Positions 43,915 to 56,164 of a stretch of DNA of 64,000 nucleotides are shown piece by piece. The stretch is from NCBI RefSeq assembly GCF_009914755.1, contig NC_060928.1; one strand, 5' to 3'. How positions within the stretch are numbered: the stretch's first letter is position 1; the number at the start of each line of letters is the position of its first letter. The notes beneath the pieces are model-generated. The model was not told where the DNA came from, did not search any database, and saw only the letters and a program-made list of their open reading frames with translations. This DNA comes from the human T2T-CHM13v2.0 reference genome, Homo sapiens. The position numbers were made by a program, and so were the translations under genes.

Positions 43915-45744
43915 TCAGTGTCATATTTTAATAAGTGCAAAGAAAATGAATTCCATTGAAATTGGTTATAAATACACTCATAAAGTTAACTACTACTATC
44001 TTTCATCTTTTAGAAAAACAAAAAAAAAAGATTTTTCATATCTGAGATCTAGGAGGTTAAGTATTTTTTAAATAATCTTGGGCTTTTTAAGGTCATTCTA
44101 GAGACTGTCTTTTTCCATCAATCAATGGAAAGTCTACACCTTCTCTGTCTCAACTGAATCCTCAGCATCTTGCAATGTTGAAGTCATAACAGTGGACTAG
44201 AGGCTGGAACAGCAGTGACATCAATCCTATTTTTTCTTCCAAAAACTTTCATTATTTTAAAGAAACAAAAAACAACTCAGGGTTAAAAGGTGGTCACACA
44301 GTCTCCGAAAATCTCAATGTTAATAGCAGAGTAGTTGTGGCAGACCTTCTATTAACTGTGTGCCATATAAGCATAAATACACAGGGGTGTTGATGTCAAT
44401 AGGACTAAAGAGAACCAGATATTGTGATGTTGTAACATTGTCAAGTCAGGCAAGAACAAAGAAGTCAAACATAAAATGTTAAAGTAAAAGGTATATTCAG
44501 TTTTTCTCCTGTCACCACTCCAAATACTACTTTGCATTTATACAGGCCTTTCTACAGTATTTATGATGGCTTTATCACCATCATTAAGCACGACTATTAG
44601 ACCTTTGTGACTTGAGTCCACCAACCTCATTTAACTTCTGAAACAGACTACTTTTAAAAACATTTTCACTGTTTTCATTTTGCTTCTCTGTTGAAGATGT
44701 TAGGAGGATGTATTAAGCAGCCATAAATAATAATGGGCAATTATGAATTAAAATAGCACACACAGAACAAATTATTCTCTTTACTGAACACTTAAAAGTA
44801 AGACCTAGGGCACTTTATTCCTGGTGTTGTATTATAAAATTCTATAACAAACCTCATGTTATGGTATAATATAGAACAAATAACTCAGTTTTATTCCCCT
44901 CATAAGATTCAGCAACTGATCAGTTTACCATAATGTAAAAATGTGACATCATTGCAACTGTATTGCCCTGAGTTTGGATTAAGAAAATTAACAGTAATGA
45001 AGATACTTTAAACAGAGTGATCTTTAGCTATGCTTATTTTGAAAGCCAATGTGAAATTATTTTTTTTGGGTTGGCTAGGATATCAAGTTTGGTGGTTCTA
45101 ATTGCTTTACAAGATTATTTCTCATTTAGTTACTAAGAAGGGTTTGAAGAAGAAAATCTCACTTTGAATCTTACAGTCCTATATAAAGCAAAGTTCTAAA
45201 AAGAAAGAAGCATCCCAGCCATTGGCAGACAGACCTCCAATCTGAAAGTGTAGAAATATTACTTTATACCAGCTTTATTCCCTAAATTCTCCTCCCCTAT
45301 CACTCTCCACATCAAAATCCATCTATCTAAATGTTTTCTAGACATCTGTGTGCAGGCATACAAACAATTGCAGACAAGTTTATGTATTTTTCATGACACG
45401 TTATTATTGAAATTTCAGGAAATTGAAACAGCTTTGGGAGATTTCTTGAAATTTAACATAACTTTCTTTCCTAAAATTTGACTCAAAAAAATGTATATGT
45501 CATCACACTCTCTAGTTTTACATGCTAGAAGGTATTGGTGCCATTTGTGAAAATTACAACTAACAAGAAAAGGGAAAGAGACAGAAATCTAAGAAATTAT
45601 ACATTTTTAATGTTGAGTTAAATATTGCATATACACATTATTATGATGTACACATTATTATGATGTATCAAATACATCATAAAAGTATAGAAACATGATT
45701 TAAATTAGTTATATACTGATAATTATGAATTTGATTGCCACAAT

Positions 45745-45940
45745 TATATACGCTCTCTATATATTATATATTATATAATTATATATATTTATATATAATT
45801 ATGTTATATATATTATAATATATATGTTATATATACATTATATATAATATATTATGTATTTATTATATATTATATATTTATTATATATATATTATATATA
45901 ATATATAGAGAGAGTATATATATAATATATATAAATATAT
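45745..45940. repeat. AT-rich (TA)n-like tract bounded by inverted repeats
   Basis: Directly visible; see findings. Confidence 0.9.
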
Positions 45941-45959
45941 ACAAAATCGTAAAATCATT

Positions 45960-46390
45960 TTCATTTTAGGCTTAGAGAAATTGTCATTGAGAATGGCAAA
46001 GTTATGTGGCTAAGGTCACAAAGCCTGTGTAAGCATTATTTCTCTCTTTTAATGCAAGAGAATGAAGGCTCAGAGAAGTAAGTGACTTCGATACAAGGTC
46101 ACATAGATGTTAGAATTGAAATTAGAAGCCCTCATTCTACCACAGCATTCTGCTTCCAAGAAGATATAACTTTTATTTATTGAAAGCCAATTCTGAGTAA
46201 AACAATTTGGGGGAACTCTTACATTACCACTCATAATCACAAAGAGTTCTGCAACCCAGTGCTTTACCCTGTTTTTTTCTTTCACTATTTTTTATCTTTT
46301 CAAAGATGTAGAAAACTTATAATAACTTTCCCTAAGGTCAAACAGTTCAAGTTTCAGATTTAGATTCAATCTCTGGTTCTACCCGCTTCT
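45960..46390 (-). mobile_element. Cluster of MIR core fragments
   Basis: Three 'aaggtca(c/a)a' core-like segments, e.g. 'aggctcagagaagtaagtgactt...aaggtcacatag'. Confidence 0.55.
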
Positions 46391-46894
46391 AAACTCACTT
46401 GAAGCCTTCGTCAGCATTAGTGCCAGCCTCATTTATTTAGCAATCACTGTTGAATAGGCATTAGCATTATGCCCAAATATCCTGTAACAAAAATTCCTGT
46501 CTTAAAATTTTAAAGACTCACAAAACACATATCAGTGATCCATCCTTGTTGATTCTATACAGAAATGCATGTGGAAGTGGTTTGGCGAATGTTCTCATCA
46601 CAGCCCTAGTGATGTTTCAGAGCAAAAGGGTCTGCTAAGTGTTTTGTGTTACTTTCTTACCCCAGGAACTAAATTTTTAAATATTTTTTCTACTTATGTG
46701 AGACCATCATTAATTAATCCTTGGGTAGACAACAACACATTTTTGTCTATGTAAGAAAACTACATTTAGAGATTAACCCAATAAATATAAATATATAAAC
46801 AAAATAAATAAGAAAACAAAACAGTTAAACCTATTATGTAATTGCTTCAATGAGTAAATAATAGAATTCACTGTTTTTTGAATGCTGGGCACTG

Positions 46895-47931
46895 TTTTAT
46901 TTACTTGTTTATTTTAAATTTTATTTTAAGTTCAGAGGTACATGTGCAGGATGTTCAGGTTTGTTACATAGGTAAACATATGTCATGGGGGATTGTTACA
47001 CAGACTATTAAATCACTCAAGTAGTAAGCCGAGTATCCATTGGTTATTTTTCCTGATCCTCTTCTCCTCCCACCTTCCAACCTCCAATAGGCCCCAACGT
47101 GTGTTGTTTCCCTCTTTGTGTTCATGTGTTCTCATCATTTAGCTCCCACTTAGAAGTGAGAACATGCCATATTTGGTTTTCTGTTCCTGCATTAATTTGC
47201 CAAGGATCGTGGCATCCAGTTCCATCCATGTTCCTGCAAAGGCCATGATCTTGTTCTTTTTCATGGTGGCATATTACTCCCTGGTGTATATGTACCATGT
47301 TTTCTTTATGCAGCCAATCATTGATAGGCATTTAGGTTGATTCAAAGTCTTTGCTATTGTGAATAGTGCTGCAAAGAACATATGCCTGCATGTGTCTTTA
47401 TAATAGAATGATTTGTATTCCTTTGAGTATATACCCAGTAATGGCAGTGCTGGGTTAAATGGTATTTCTGTCTTTAGGTCTTTGAGTAATCACCACACTG
47501 TCTTCCACAATGATTCAACTAATTTACACTTCCACCAACAATGTATGCAATTGTAACAAAAGCAAAAATTGATAAATGGAATCTAATTAAAGAGCTTCTG
47601 AACAGCTATCAACAGAGTAAACAGACCACCTACAGAATAAGGGAACAATTTTGCAAATTATGCATTGGGCAAAGTTCTAATATCCAGCACCTATAAGGAA
47701 CTTAAACAAATTTACAAGAAAAAAAAATTAAACAGTGGGCAAAGGACATGAACAGACACTTCTCAAAAGAAGACATACATGCAGTCAACAATCATATGAA
47801 AAAAAGCTCCACATCACTGATCATTACAGAAATACAATTAAAAACCACAATCAGATACCATCTCACACCAGTCAGAATGCCTATTACTAAAAAATAAAAA
47901 CATATGCTGGCAAGGTTGCAGAGAAAATGAA
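46895..47931 (-). mobile_element. 5'-truncated, 5'-inverted L1PA (older PA, ~PA11-15)
   Basis: 46895-47546 is the antisense 3'UTR/ORF2 end; 47547-47931 is the sense-orientation adjacent ORF2 segment. Confidence 0.92.
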
Positions 47932-49014
47932 TTGGTTCTTAATTGTTCTTATTATCCTCTCTGGTTTCAGGACTTTTACAAGAACAGAGGAGGCTCATAA
48001 GAGTCATCTCGAGGCACCTCAGATCTGAAAGTAAGTTTTCCTCATCCCAAATATAATTATTTTGTTAAATGCTAATTTTTTGAAATTATATTCCATACAT
48101 TTTCTCTAGACCAAACTGTGTTATTCAAAATATTAAGCAGAAAGACAGTATTTACCAAACTTTTTTATAAATCAATTTATATAGTTTATAATAAATTGCC
48201 TCCATACTGTCATAGTCATATTTCAAAACATAAATGTTAATGATTTTCAGTTAGCAAATTGCTGATCAGGAGTTGGGAGGATTATTTTCTACATCTGACA
48301 TCTTTCGTCTGAATTCTCTCTTCTAGCTCCTATTAAGTTGCCTTTATTTTCAGTGTGAATGACTGTATATATGAGGACTTTCTACAAAGGCAAATAGGCC
48401 TAAGGGTGAGAGAAACAATGGAGTTTAAGAAATTTGTAATCATTCAGATAATTTACTAAGAGTGGGATTTGAATTTTCATCTCTAGTGTCAGTCCTTTAG
48501 CGATGCTACTAAAATACACTAAATAGCAAGCATTACCAACATTGCACTCTAAGTCTGATCTTTCAAGTCAACAAAATTATGGTTCTGACTTCTGTTTTTA
48601 GAATGTGTGTTCCTACAGCTGTCCACAATTCCAAAAATATAGCCTTCTTTGGGAAACAATAACAATTACAAAGAACCTCTCAATTAAGTTTTTACAGTTA
48701 AGACAAGGGAGGGAAAGCATCTGCATATCATGACATAGGCATCTAAATATAAATTGTTAAATATTACTGTTATATCTTAATTAGCAATCATAATTATTGT
48801 TTAAATGTGTCCCTCTATTTAGTGTTGCAAAAACTACTATGTGAAACTGAGTGTGTGTTTCCATGTGTGTGTTTCCTTATGTGTAACAACATCATATCAT
48901 CACGAACATACTTCTCAGTACTCTTTTGCTTACCAGTGGAGTATATTTTAGGCATTTTATGTGTCATCAATTATTCTGCCACAAACTATTTGATAGCATT
49001 CCATTGTATGTGTA

Positions 49015-49187
49015 AGTGACTGCTCCTACATGAAAATCATTTGAAAGGTTGCTTTCAAAATATAGTTTCTCCATATCCACCACCAGAAATGCTGACTCAT
49101 TTAATTTGAGTAAATTAGGAAAATCTGTAGCTTTCTCAAGCTCCTGAGGTGATTTTGATGAACAGAGTCTTGGGAAATACTAGTTTA
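49015..49187. mobile_element. MER5-like hAT-Charlie MITE
   Basis: 'caccagaaatgctgactcattt...caagctcctgaggtgattttgatg...ttgggaaatactagttta'. Confidence 0.7.
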
Positions 49188-50846
49188 ATTGTACCAATAT
49201 GTGCTTTTTAAAGACTTTTTTAAAAAGCAGTTTTAGATTCACAGTAAAGTTGAGAGAAAGGTGCAGAGATTTCCCAAATGTCCCCTACCCTCACAAATAC
49301 ACAGCCCCTCTCATTATCAACATCCCCCAGTAGAGTGGCGTATTTGTTAAAATTGAGGAATCTACATTGACACCTCATAATTACCCCCAAATCTATAGTT
49401 TGCATTAGGGTTCATGCTTGTTGTTGTACATTTTATGAGTTTGGACAAATGTATAATGACCATCATAATAGTATACAAAGTAGCTTCCCTACTCTAAAAA
49501 TCCTCTGAGCTCCACCTAGATATCCCTCCCTTCCTCCCTCAAACCCTGACTACTATTGGTGTTTTTGTTATTCTCATAGTTTTCCTTTTCCAGAATGTCA
49601 TACAGTTTAGACCGTACAGTATGTAGCCTTTTCAGACTGGCTTCTTTCACTTAATAATATGCATTTAACTTCCTCCTTTTTTATTGCTTAATGGCTCATT
49701 TCTCTTTAGCACTGAAAAAATATTCCATTGTCTGGATATACCACAGTTTATCAATTCACCTACTGGGGAACATCTTGGTTGTTTCCAAGTTTGGCAGTTA
49801 TGAATGAAGCTGCTATAAATATCCATGTGCAAGTTTTTTTGTGAACATAAGTTTTCACTTGATTTAGATAAATATCAAGGAGATGATTGCTGGGTTGTAT
49901 TGTAAGACTCTCTAGTTTTGTAAGAAACTGCCAAACTGTCCTCTAAAGTGGCTGCACCATTTTCCATTCCCACTAGCAATGAATGAGAGTTCCTGTTGTC
50001 CGACATTTTTTCCACCATCTGATATTGTCAGTGGCTTGGATTTGGGCCATTGTAATAGGTACAGTAATATCTCATTGTTGCTTTATTTTTCATTTCCTGA
50101 TGACATATGATGTGGAGCATCTTTTCATGGACTTCTTATCTGACATCTGTATATCTTCTTCGATGACAAATTTGTTTAGGTCTTTTGCTAATTTTTTAAT
50201 TTGCTTTTTCATTTTTCATTATTAAGTTCTAAGAGTTCTTGCATATTTTGGAGAACTGTCCTTTTTCAGATACGTCTTAAACAAATATTTCCTCCCAGTC
50301 TGTGGCTTATATTCTTACTCTCTTGACATTGCTTTTTACAGACAAGAAGTTTTTTTATTTTAATAAAATGCAGCTTGTCAATTATTTATTTAATGGATCC
50401 TGCCTTGGTGTGTATCTAAAAATCCATTACCATACACAAAGACATGTAGGTTTTCTCCTATGTTATCTTTTATTTGTTTTATAGTTTTGCATTTTACATT
50501 TAGGTCTATGATTCATTTTGAGTTAACTTTTGTGAATGGTGTAAGGCTGTGTTTAGATTCATTTTTTGCATACCCCAGCACCATTGGTTGAAAAGACTGT
50601 ATGTGTTCAATTATATTGCCTTTTTTCCTTTGTCAAAGATAGTTGAATATATTTATCTGGCTCTATTTCTGGGCTCTCTGTTGATCTCTATTTCTGGGCT
50701 CTCTGGCTCTCCATTGATTTGTCTGTTCTTCTGCTAATATCACACTGCCATGCTTCTATTAATTCTTGAGGTACAGTGTATAGTGAACTATATTAAGTCT
50801 TGAGGTCTGGTCGAACAGCTCTGTTCTTTCCCTTTTCCCTTCAATA

Positions 50847-51497
50847 CACTCCTCCCTCAGTATCTGTGGAGGATTTGTTTCAGGGCTCCTGTTGGATATC
50901 AGAATTTGTGAATGGTCATGTCTCTTATATAAAATGGCACAGTATTTGCATATAATTTATGCACATTCTCCAGTTACTTTAAATCATTCCTGGATTACTT
51001 ATATTAACCACCAATACAAAGAAAAGTAAAAGTTTTTATACTGTATAGTTTCTTATTTGTATTCGTATTTTTTTTTTTTTGAGATAAGGTCTCGTTCTGT
51101 CACCCAGGCTAGACTGCAGTTGCACCATCACAGCTCACTGCAGCCTTGACCTCGCAGTCTCAAGCAATCCTCCCGCCTCAGCCTCCTGAGTAGCTGGGAC
51201 TACAGACACACACAACCACACCTGGCTGGGTTTTGTGTGTGTGCATATATATGAATATATATTAGACAGCAAGACTGTCTATACTATGTATAGTACAGTA
51301 TGTTGCCCAGGCTGGTCTTAAACTCCTAGACTCAAACAATCTACCTGGTTCAGCCTCCCAAAAATGTTGGGATAATAGATGCTGAGCCACTACACCCATT
51401 CTGTTTGTTATTTTTTATTGTTTATCTTTCAAAAAGTTTCCAGCTGCCATTGATTGAATTTGCAAATGTGGAACATGTATATACAGGGGACTGACTG
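50847..51497. mobile_element. MER2 (TcMar-Tigger) DNA transposon
   Basis: Termini 'cactcctccctcagtatctgtgg' and 'atacaggggactgactg'; TA TSD at 50845-50846 and 51498-51499. Confidence 0.88.
51068..51400 (-). mobile_element. AluJ nested in MER2
   Basis: 'catcacagctcactgcagccttgacctc...ctcaagcaatcctccc'; middle A-tract turned into TG/TA repeats. Confidence 0.92.
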
Positions 51498-52099
51498 TAT
51501 TGTGCTGCTTATTCTGAGTCTTTGCCTTCTCTATATAAATTTTAGAATCAATTTGTCAATATTCACAAAATAACCTGCTGGGATTTTAAATGGGATTTCA
51601 TTGACTCTATAGGTCAATTGGGAAGAACTAAAACTTGACATTATTGACTCTTACTATCCGAGAACATGGAATATTTCTTCACCTATTCAGCTCATTGATT
51701 TCTTTCATCAGAGTTTTGTAGATCCTGTTTTGCATACTGATATATTTTAAATCAATCATTTATTTTCAGACATTTAGGCTCTATGCATATTCAAAACTGT
51801 ATAATGTAATCGTTTGTACAATTTATTGGCTGTGTTACAGAGTTAATTTCTCCATATAGAATTATTACAATGATTATTAGGTGTTGCTAAATAATGCTGT
51901 TTTTTTTTTCTATTATGTAATCTCCACCAGACACACTCCCAGTCACCAAAATAAGTAGGTAAATATATGTTAACTACTCCTGAATGATATTTTAGAGAAT
52001 TTGTATGAATGCCATAATATCATATTTTTACATTTTTCTCAATCTGATCATCCTTTCAGTTCACACACAAAAAAGTATTTCAAGAAGATTTATATAATT

Positions 52100-52270
52100 T
52101 TTTATTTATTGTCTGTCTTACCACCTTGTAAAATCTTCATAAAGGCAGAAATTCCTGACTGTGTTGTAGACTGTGTTGTTGCTTATGGTGTTGTATCTTC
52201 AACACCATAAGAAGTTGCTGTTATGTAGTAGATGTTCAAAACATATTTTTGAACATATTAATTTGTTCAT
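52100..52270 (+). mobile_element. L2 3' end
   Basis: 'tttattgtctgtct...tgtaaaatcttcataaaggcag...tagtagatgttcaaaacatatttttgaa'. Confidence 0.7.
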
Positions 52271-52599
52271 ACACCCATTTAATCAAGCTGATAAATTTGG
52301 GTCACCACTTCCTAGATTCCTCCCTCTCAAACTCTCTTCTATCCCACGTTTAATAAATTGGGAAATTTTGTTGCTGCTGCTTCAAGCCACTGATTTTCTC
52401 CTTCACACTGATTTCATCATCTCTACTTCATTTTTTAAGTCTACTAAATATTTTTTGTAAACATGTTTCTTTAGCCTTTACTTGCAACAGTATACTCACT
52501 GTTATACCAGGATAAAACTTCTAACCTGATCTCAAAATGGCTACAATTTTCCATTCAAGTCTTGTTATCAGCTACCTTACCCCATACAGAGTATGAATT

Positions 52600-53760
52600 A
52601 CATATCAACTTTCTCATAGGGAATTGACTATCCATCCTATCTTCAAGTTGACTGAACTTTTCTTCTGCCATATCCAAACTACTATTAAGCCCAATTAGGA
52701 AAAAAAATTTAATTCTTGTATTTCCCTATTTCCTTATGATTTTCATTTCTCTGTTGATATTCTTTTGCCATTGTTTTAATTTTACAAAATTATCTTCCTT
52801 TAATTTTATGTATATATTTATAATATCTGATTTATTATATGTTTATGATAAGTCTCAAACCTGGACCATTTGATAGTTCTTTTCCATTAACTATGCAAAA
52901 AATAAAAACAAAAAATAAGGTTCCCATATTCTAGTTTCTTTCCATGTCTACTAATGTTTATTGTTAATATCTATAAGAAATCTATATTATATTGTCTCTT
53001 CTGGAAAAGTGCTGAGTTTTGTTCAACAAACTTAGGTAAACTTGGTTTATGCTTTATTGGATAGATGTATGGAAAGTCCAGTTGTTTCCCAAAGTCCTAC
53101 AAGTTGTCAGTACTCAACTTCAAATATCTACGTCTTGTTGGGATTAGTTTGAGGCTTTTTGTGTCTGTGGAGGGGTGCAGAGTAGGTCTTATTCTAGAGC
53201 ACGGTTTTTACTTCTAGGATCTACTTTTCTAATATATCAGATATCTGAAGGGATGTTAATAGGACATTAATATGGACTCTTCACTCTTGTCAGGATGCAG
53301 TATCACCAGGACAACTTGAGTTTTAGCATCTCTGCTCACTTTTTTGCCTCATGACATTGACGCTGTTGTCAGTTTCCTATAGTCTCACCCTGAACAGATG
53401 AAGTACAGCCCTCACCCAGTTTCTTTTGGGGAACCATGTACAGAATTTGGGATCTCCTCTTGCAGGACCACCTTTTCTCTCCTGCTCTGGTCCAGTTGAC
53501 TTGAACTTTGATCTCTGCCTCCTCAGCTCAGCGCTCTTTTTAGTACCTTGTCTGCTCTTCTGTGCTTGGGAAGTTTTCCTATTCTTAGACCTAGTGATAT
53601 CATGGGGCACAGCAGATGAATATCCATGGTTTTAGGAATAGCAGTCTTGTATTCCCTATTACCTAGTTTCTGAAAACAGTTGATTCATATGTTCTGTCTA
53701 GTGTGTGGGGTAGAAGGGATAGTTTGGTACTAATTAATAAGTCATAATCATATGTGAAAT
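52600..53760 (-). mobile_element. Ancient L1 5' region (L1ME/L1M5-type)
   Basis: 'ttcaagttgactgaacttttcttctgccatatccaaactactattaagccca', 'ctctgcctcctcagctcag', 'tctgaaaacagttgattcatat'. Confidence 0.65.
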
Positions 53761-54730
53761 CTTAAAAACAGCTCTTTACTATTTATCTTTAAGCTTTTAT
53801 TTTTACATCCCATCATAATCTGTCAGTCAACTTTTACCAAAAAAAAGTAAAACAAGAAAAAGGGAGAAAGGGAATTTAATAGAAGCAAGCTGCAAAAACC
53901 TCTAAGATGCCATATAAGATTTTAAAATTATACACATAAACTTTTTAGTGTCTCAATGAATTTCCTTTGTTGCAATAATAAAATACCATAGTTAGCCAAT
54001 TAATTTTTCATATAGCTCAATGATTGAGGTACATAATTTGCTGATGGAGCAGCATAGATCATTCAAACAGCTTATTTTTTAAATTAAATCATCTGAAACT
54101 ATCTATTGATGATCCATTACTACAGTTTAATAAATAAAATTGCTTTCCCTTTTTTGCATATTTTGCTCTTTCAGTAAATTGTTTAATTATTATGCATGCC
54201 AAGTTTTACTGAGTAAGCTATATACTGTAGGTCCTGATTTTGCATATTTTATTGCTCACATTACATATTTCACAGACTTATCCCACGCATAGTCTAGATT
54301 GTTGATAATACATTACTAGTTATGAGGGTCAGTTTATCTATTAGACTTTGCTCATTTGTATAATTTGCTTAATGACCTACATAATCAAAGTCTGACATTT
54401 ACAAAATATTTTACAAATACATGTTATTCATAAACTTCATTGACATGAAATATGTCAATGAATATTTTTCATATTTTATTTTATATTTCACAGTATGTTA
54501 ACATTATTTTGCTTGAAAGATGACTTTTTAAAAACTATTTAAGTGTAACAGTGTCAAGATAAAGAGAAGCTATTTTTCCAGAAATAAGCTAAAACATGAA
54601 ATTATAATGACAGTATATGACATCTCAAATTATTTTGAATTATGTAGTAAGAGTATGCATTTTGTAGAAAATGTATATCTTTTATTTGCTATGTGTTATT
54701 TGTAGGAAAAAAATCATTTTGGAAACATAG

Positions 54731-55138
54731 AGTATCCGTTTTTCTAGGGCTGTTTTAAGTAAATACCACAGACTGGGTGGTTTAAACAACATAAATTAAT
54801 TTTTTCATAGTTCTGAAGGGTAGAAGCCCAAAATGAAGATGTCAGCACGTTTGATTTCTTCTGAAGCTTCTCTTTTTGGTTTGCAGGTAGCCCCATTTTC
54901 TCCATGTCTTCGTGGTCTTTTCTCTGTACACACCTGTGTGTGTGCACCTCTGTGTCCCATTCTCTTTTGTGAATAAAGACACCAGTCAGAATGGATTAGG
55001 GCCTACAATAGTGGACTCATTTTAAATTAATTACCTCTTTAAAGACCCTATCCCCGAATACTGAGATAGGGTCTTTAAAGGACTGGAGGTTAGGACTTGA
55101 ACATACGAATTTCAGGGGGATACAATTCAGTCCATAAC
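54731..55138 (-). mobile_element. MLT1B-like solo LTR
   Basis: 'ctagggctg...aaataccacagactgggtggtttaaacaac...gacaccagtcagaatggattagggcc...caattcagtccataaca'. Confidence 0.9.
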
Positions 55139-56164
55139 ACTTAATGCTTAATTACATAATTTTTAATATCTTTATTTTAAATCAGGGGAATAACTTGATA
55201 TTAATTGTAGAGTGACACATCTTGTATATATTCTTATGTGAACTTATCTGATTGTATTACACTTTTTTTCACTTTATGCCATGTTATTTGAACATACCTA
55301 AAAAAAATTAACGGCATTTCAAAAGTGTTTTATATGTGTTATACTTTTGATATAAATTAATTTTTATATAAGAAACTAAATATTAAGAATGTGAACAGTA
55401 TTTTATTTAACAAATATACCCTATTAGAAATCTAATAAAACTTCATATGTCTAGAATTCTCTGAATTGGTTTTGCCATCACCATAAAGTTAACCGGAAGA
55501 ATTTTGATGGAATACTTGTTCTGTGAAACGTGTATGTAATAATATACACTTTCTCTTCTACACTTAAGCCTTTGACTTAAAATTAGAATCTCATTAAAAT
55601 TAATTATATGATATGTTGAAATATCTCAAGTTTTGGAATAATGCAAACATGTTATTTTGATATTTTTTCCTTATAGTAATTAGTAGTAGAACTTTTAATG
55701 TTACAGTTTTTGCATGTCACCTGAGGTTCCCATGCATAGGTTTTAGTCAATCTCTAGAAACTATTCCCAAAATTAGTTGTCATATATATGCAGATTTTAA
55801 TTTTTTTGACAAGTCTCTAAAATTTATTTTATTAGCTTTAAGATTTGGGATAAATAAGATTAAAGGTTCCTACATTTAAGGTTTTCATCTTGAAAATGAC
55901 TTGTTTTCTTTCATTTTGAGATTTAAAGGAAGTTTGAACATTTGAAAAATACCTTTTTGCAGTTAAATTTGGGGTTACATAGGGAAAAGAAAAAGGGAAA
56001 GAGAGGATGACTGCTGCTCTAAAACTGGCAACCCTTCAGGATCTACAGGTGAGCTGTGTCAGCTTTCAAAATCCTCACAGATAAGGCTTATTTATGGAAA
56101 GTGACCTTATCTGCAAAATAACAATGTTTTCAAAATGCAGCAAAAGTACCATAAACCTTAGAAT

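Larger units (their letters stand above)
49206..51725 (-). mobile_element. L1MC1-like 3' portion, interrupted by MER2
   Basis: 'gcagttttagattcacagtaaagttgagagaaaggtgcagagatttccca' is the L1MC1-type 3' end; ORF2 end resumes after 51499. Confidence 0.9.
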
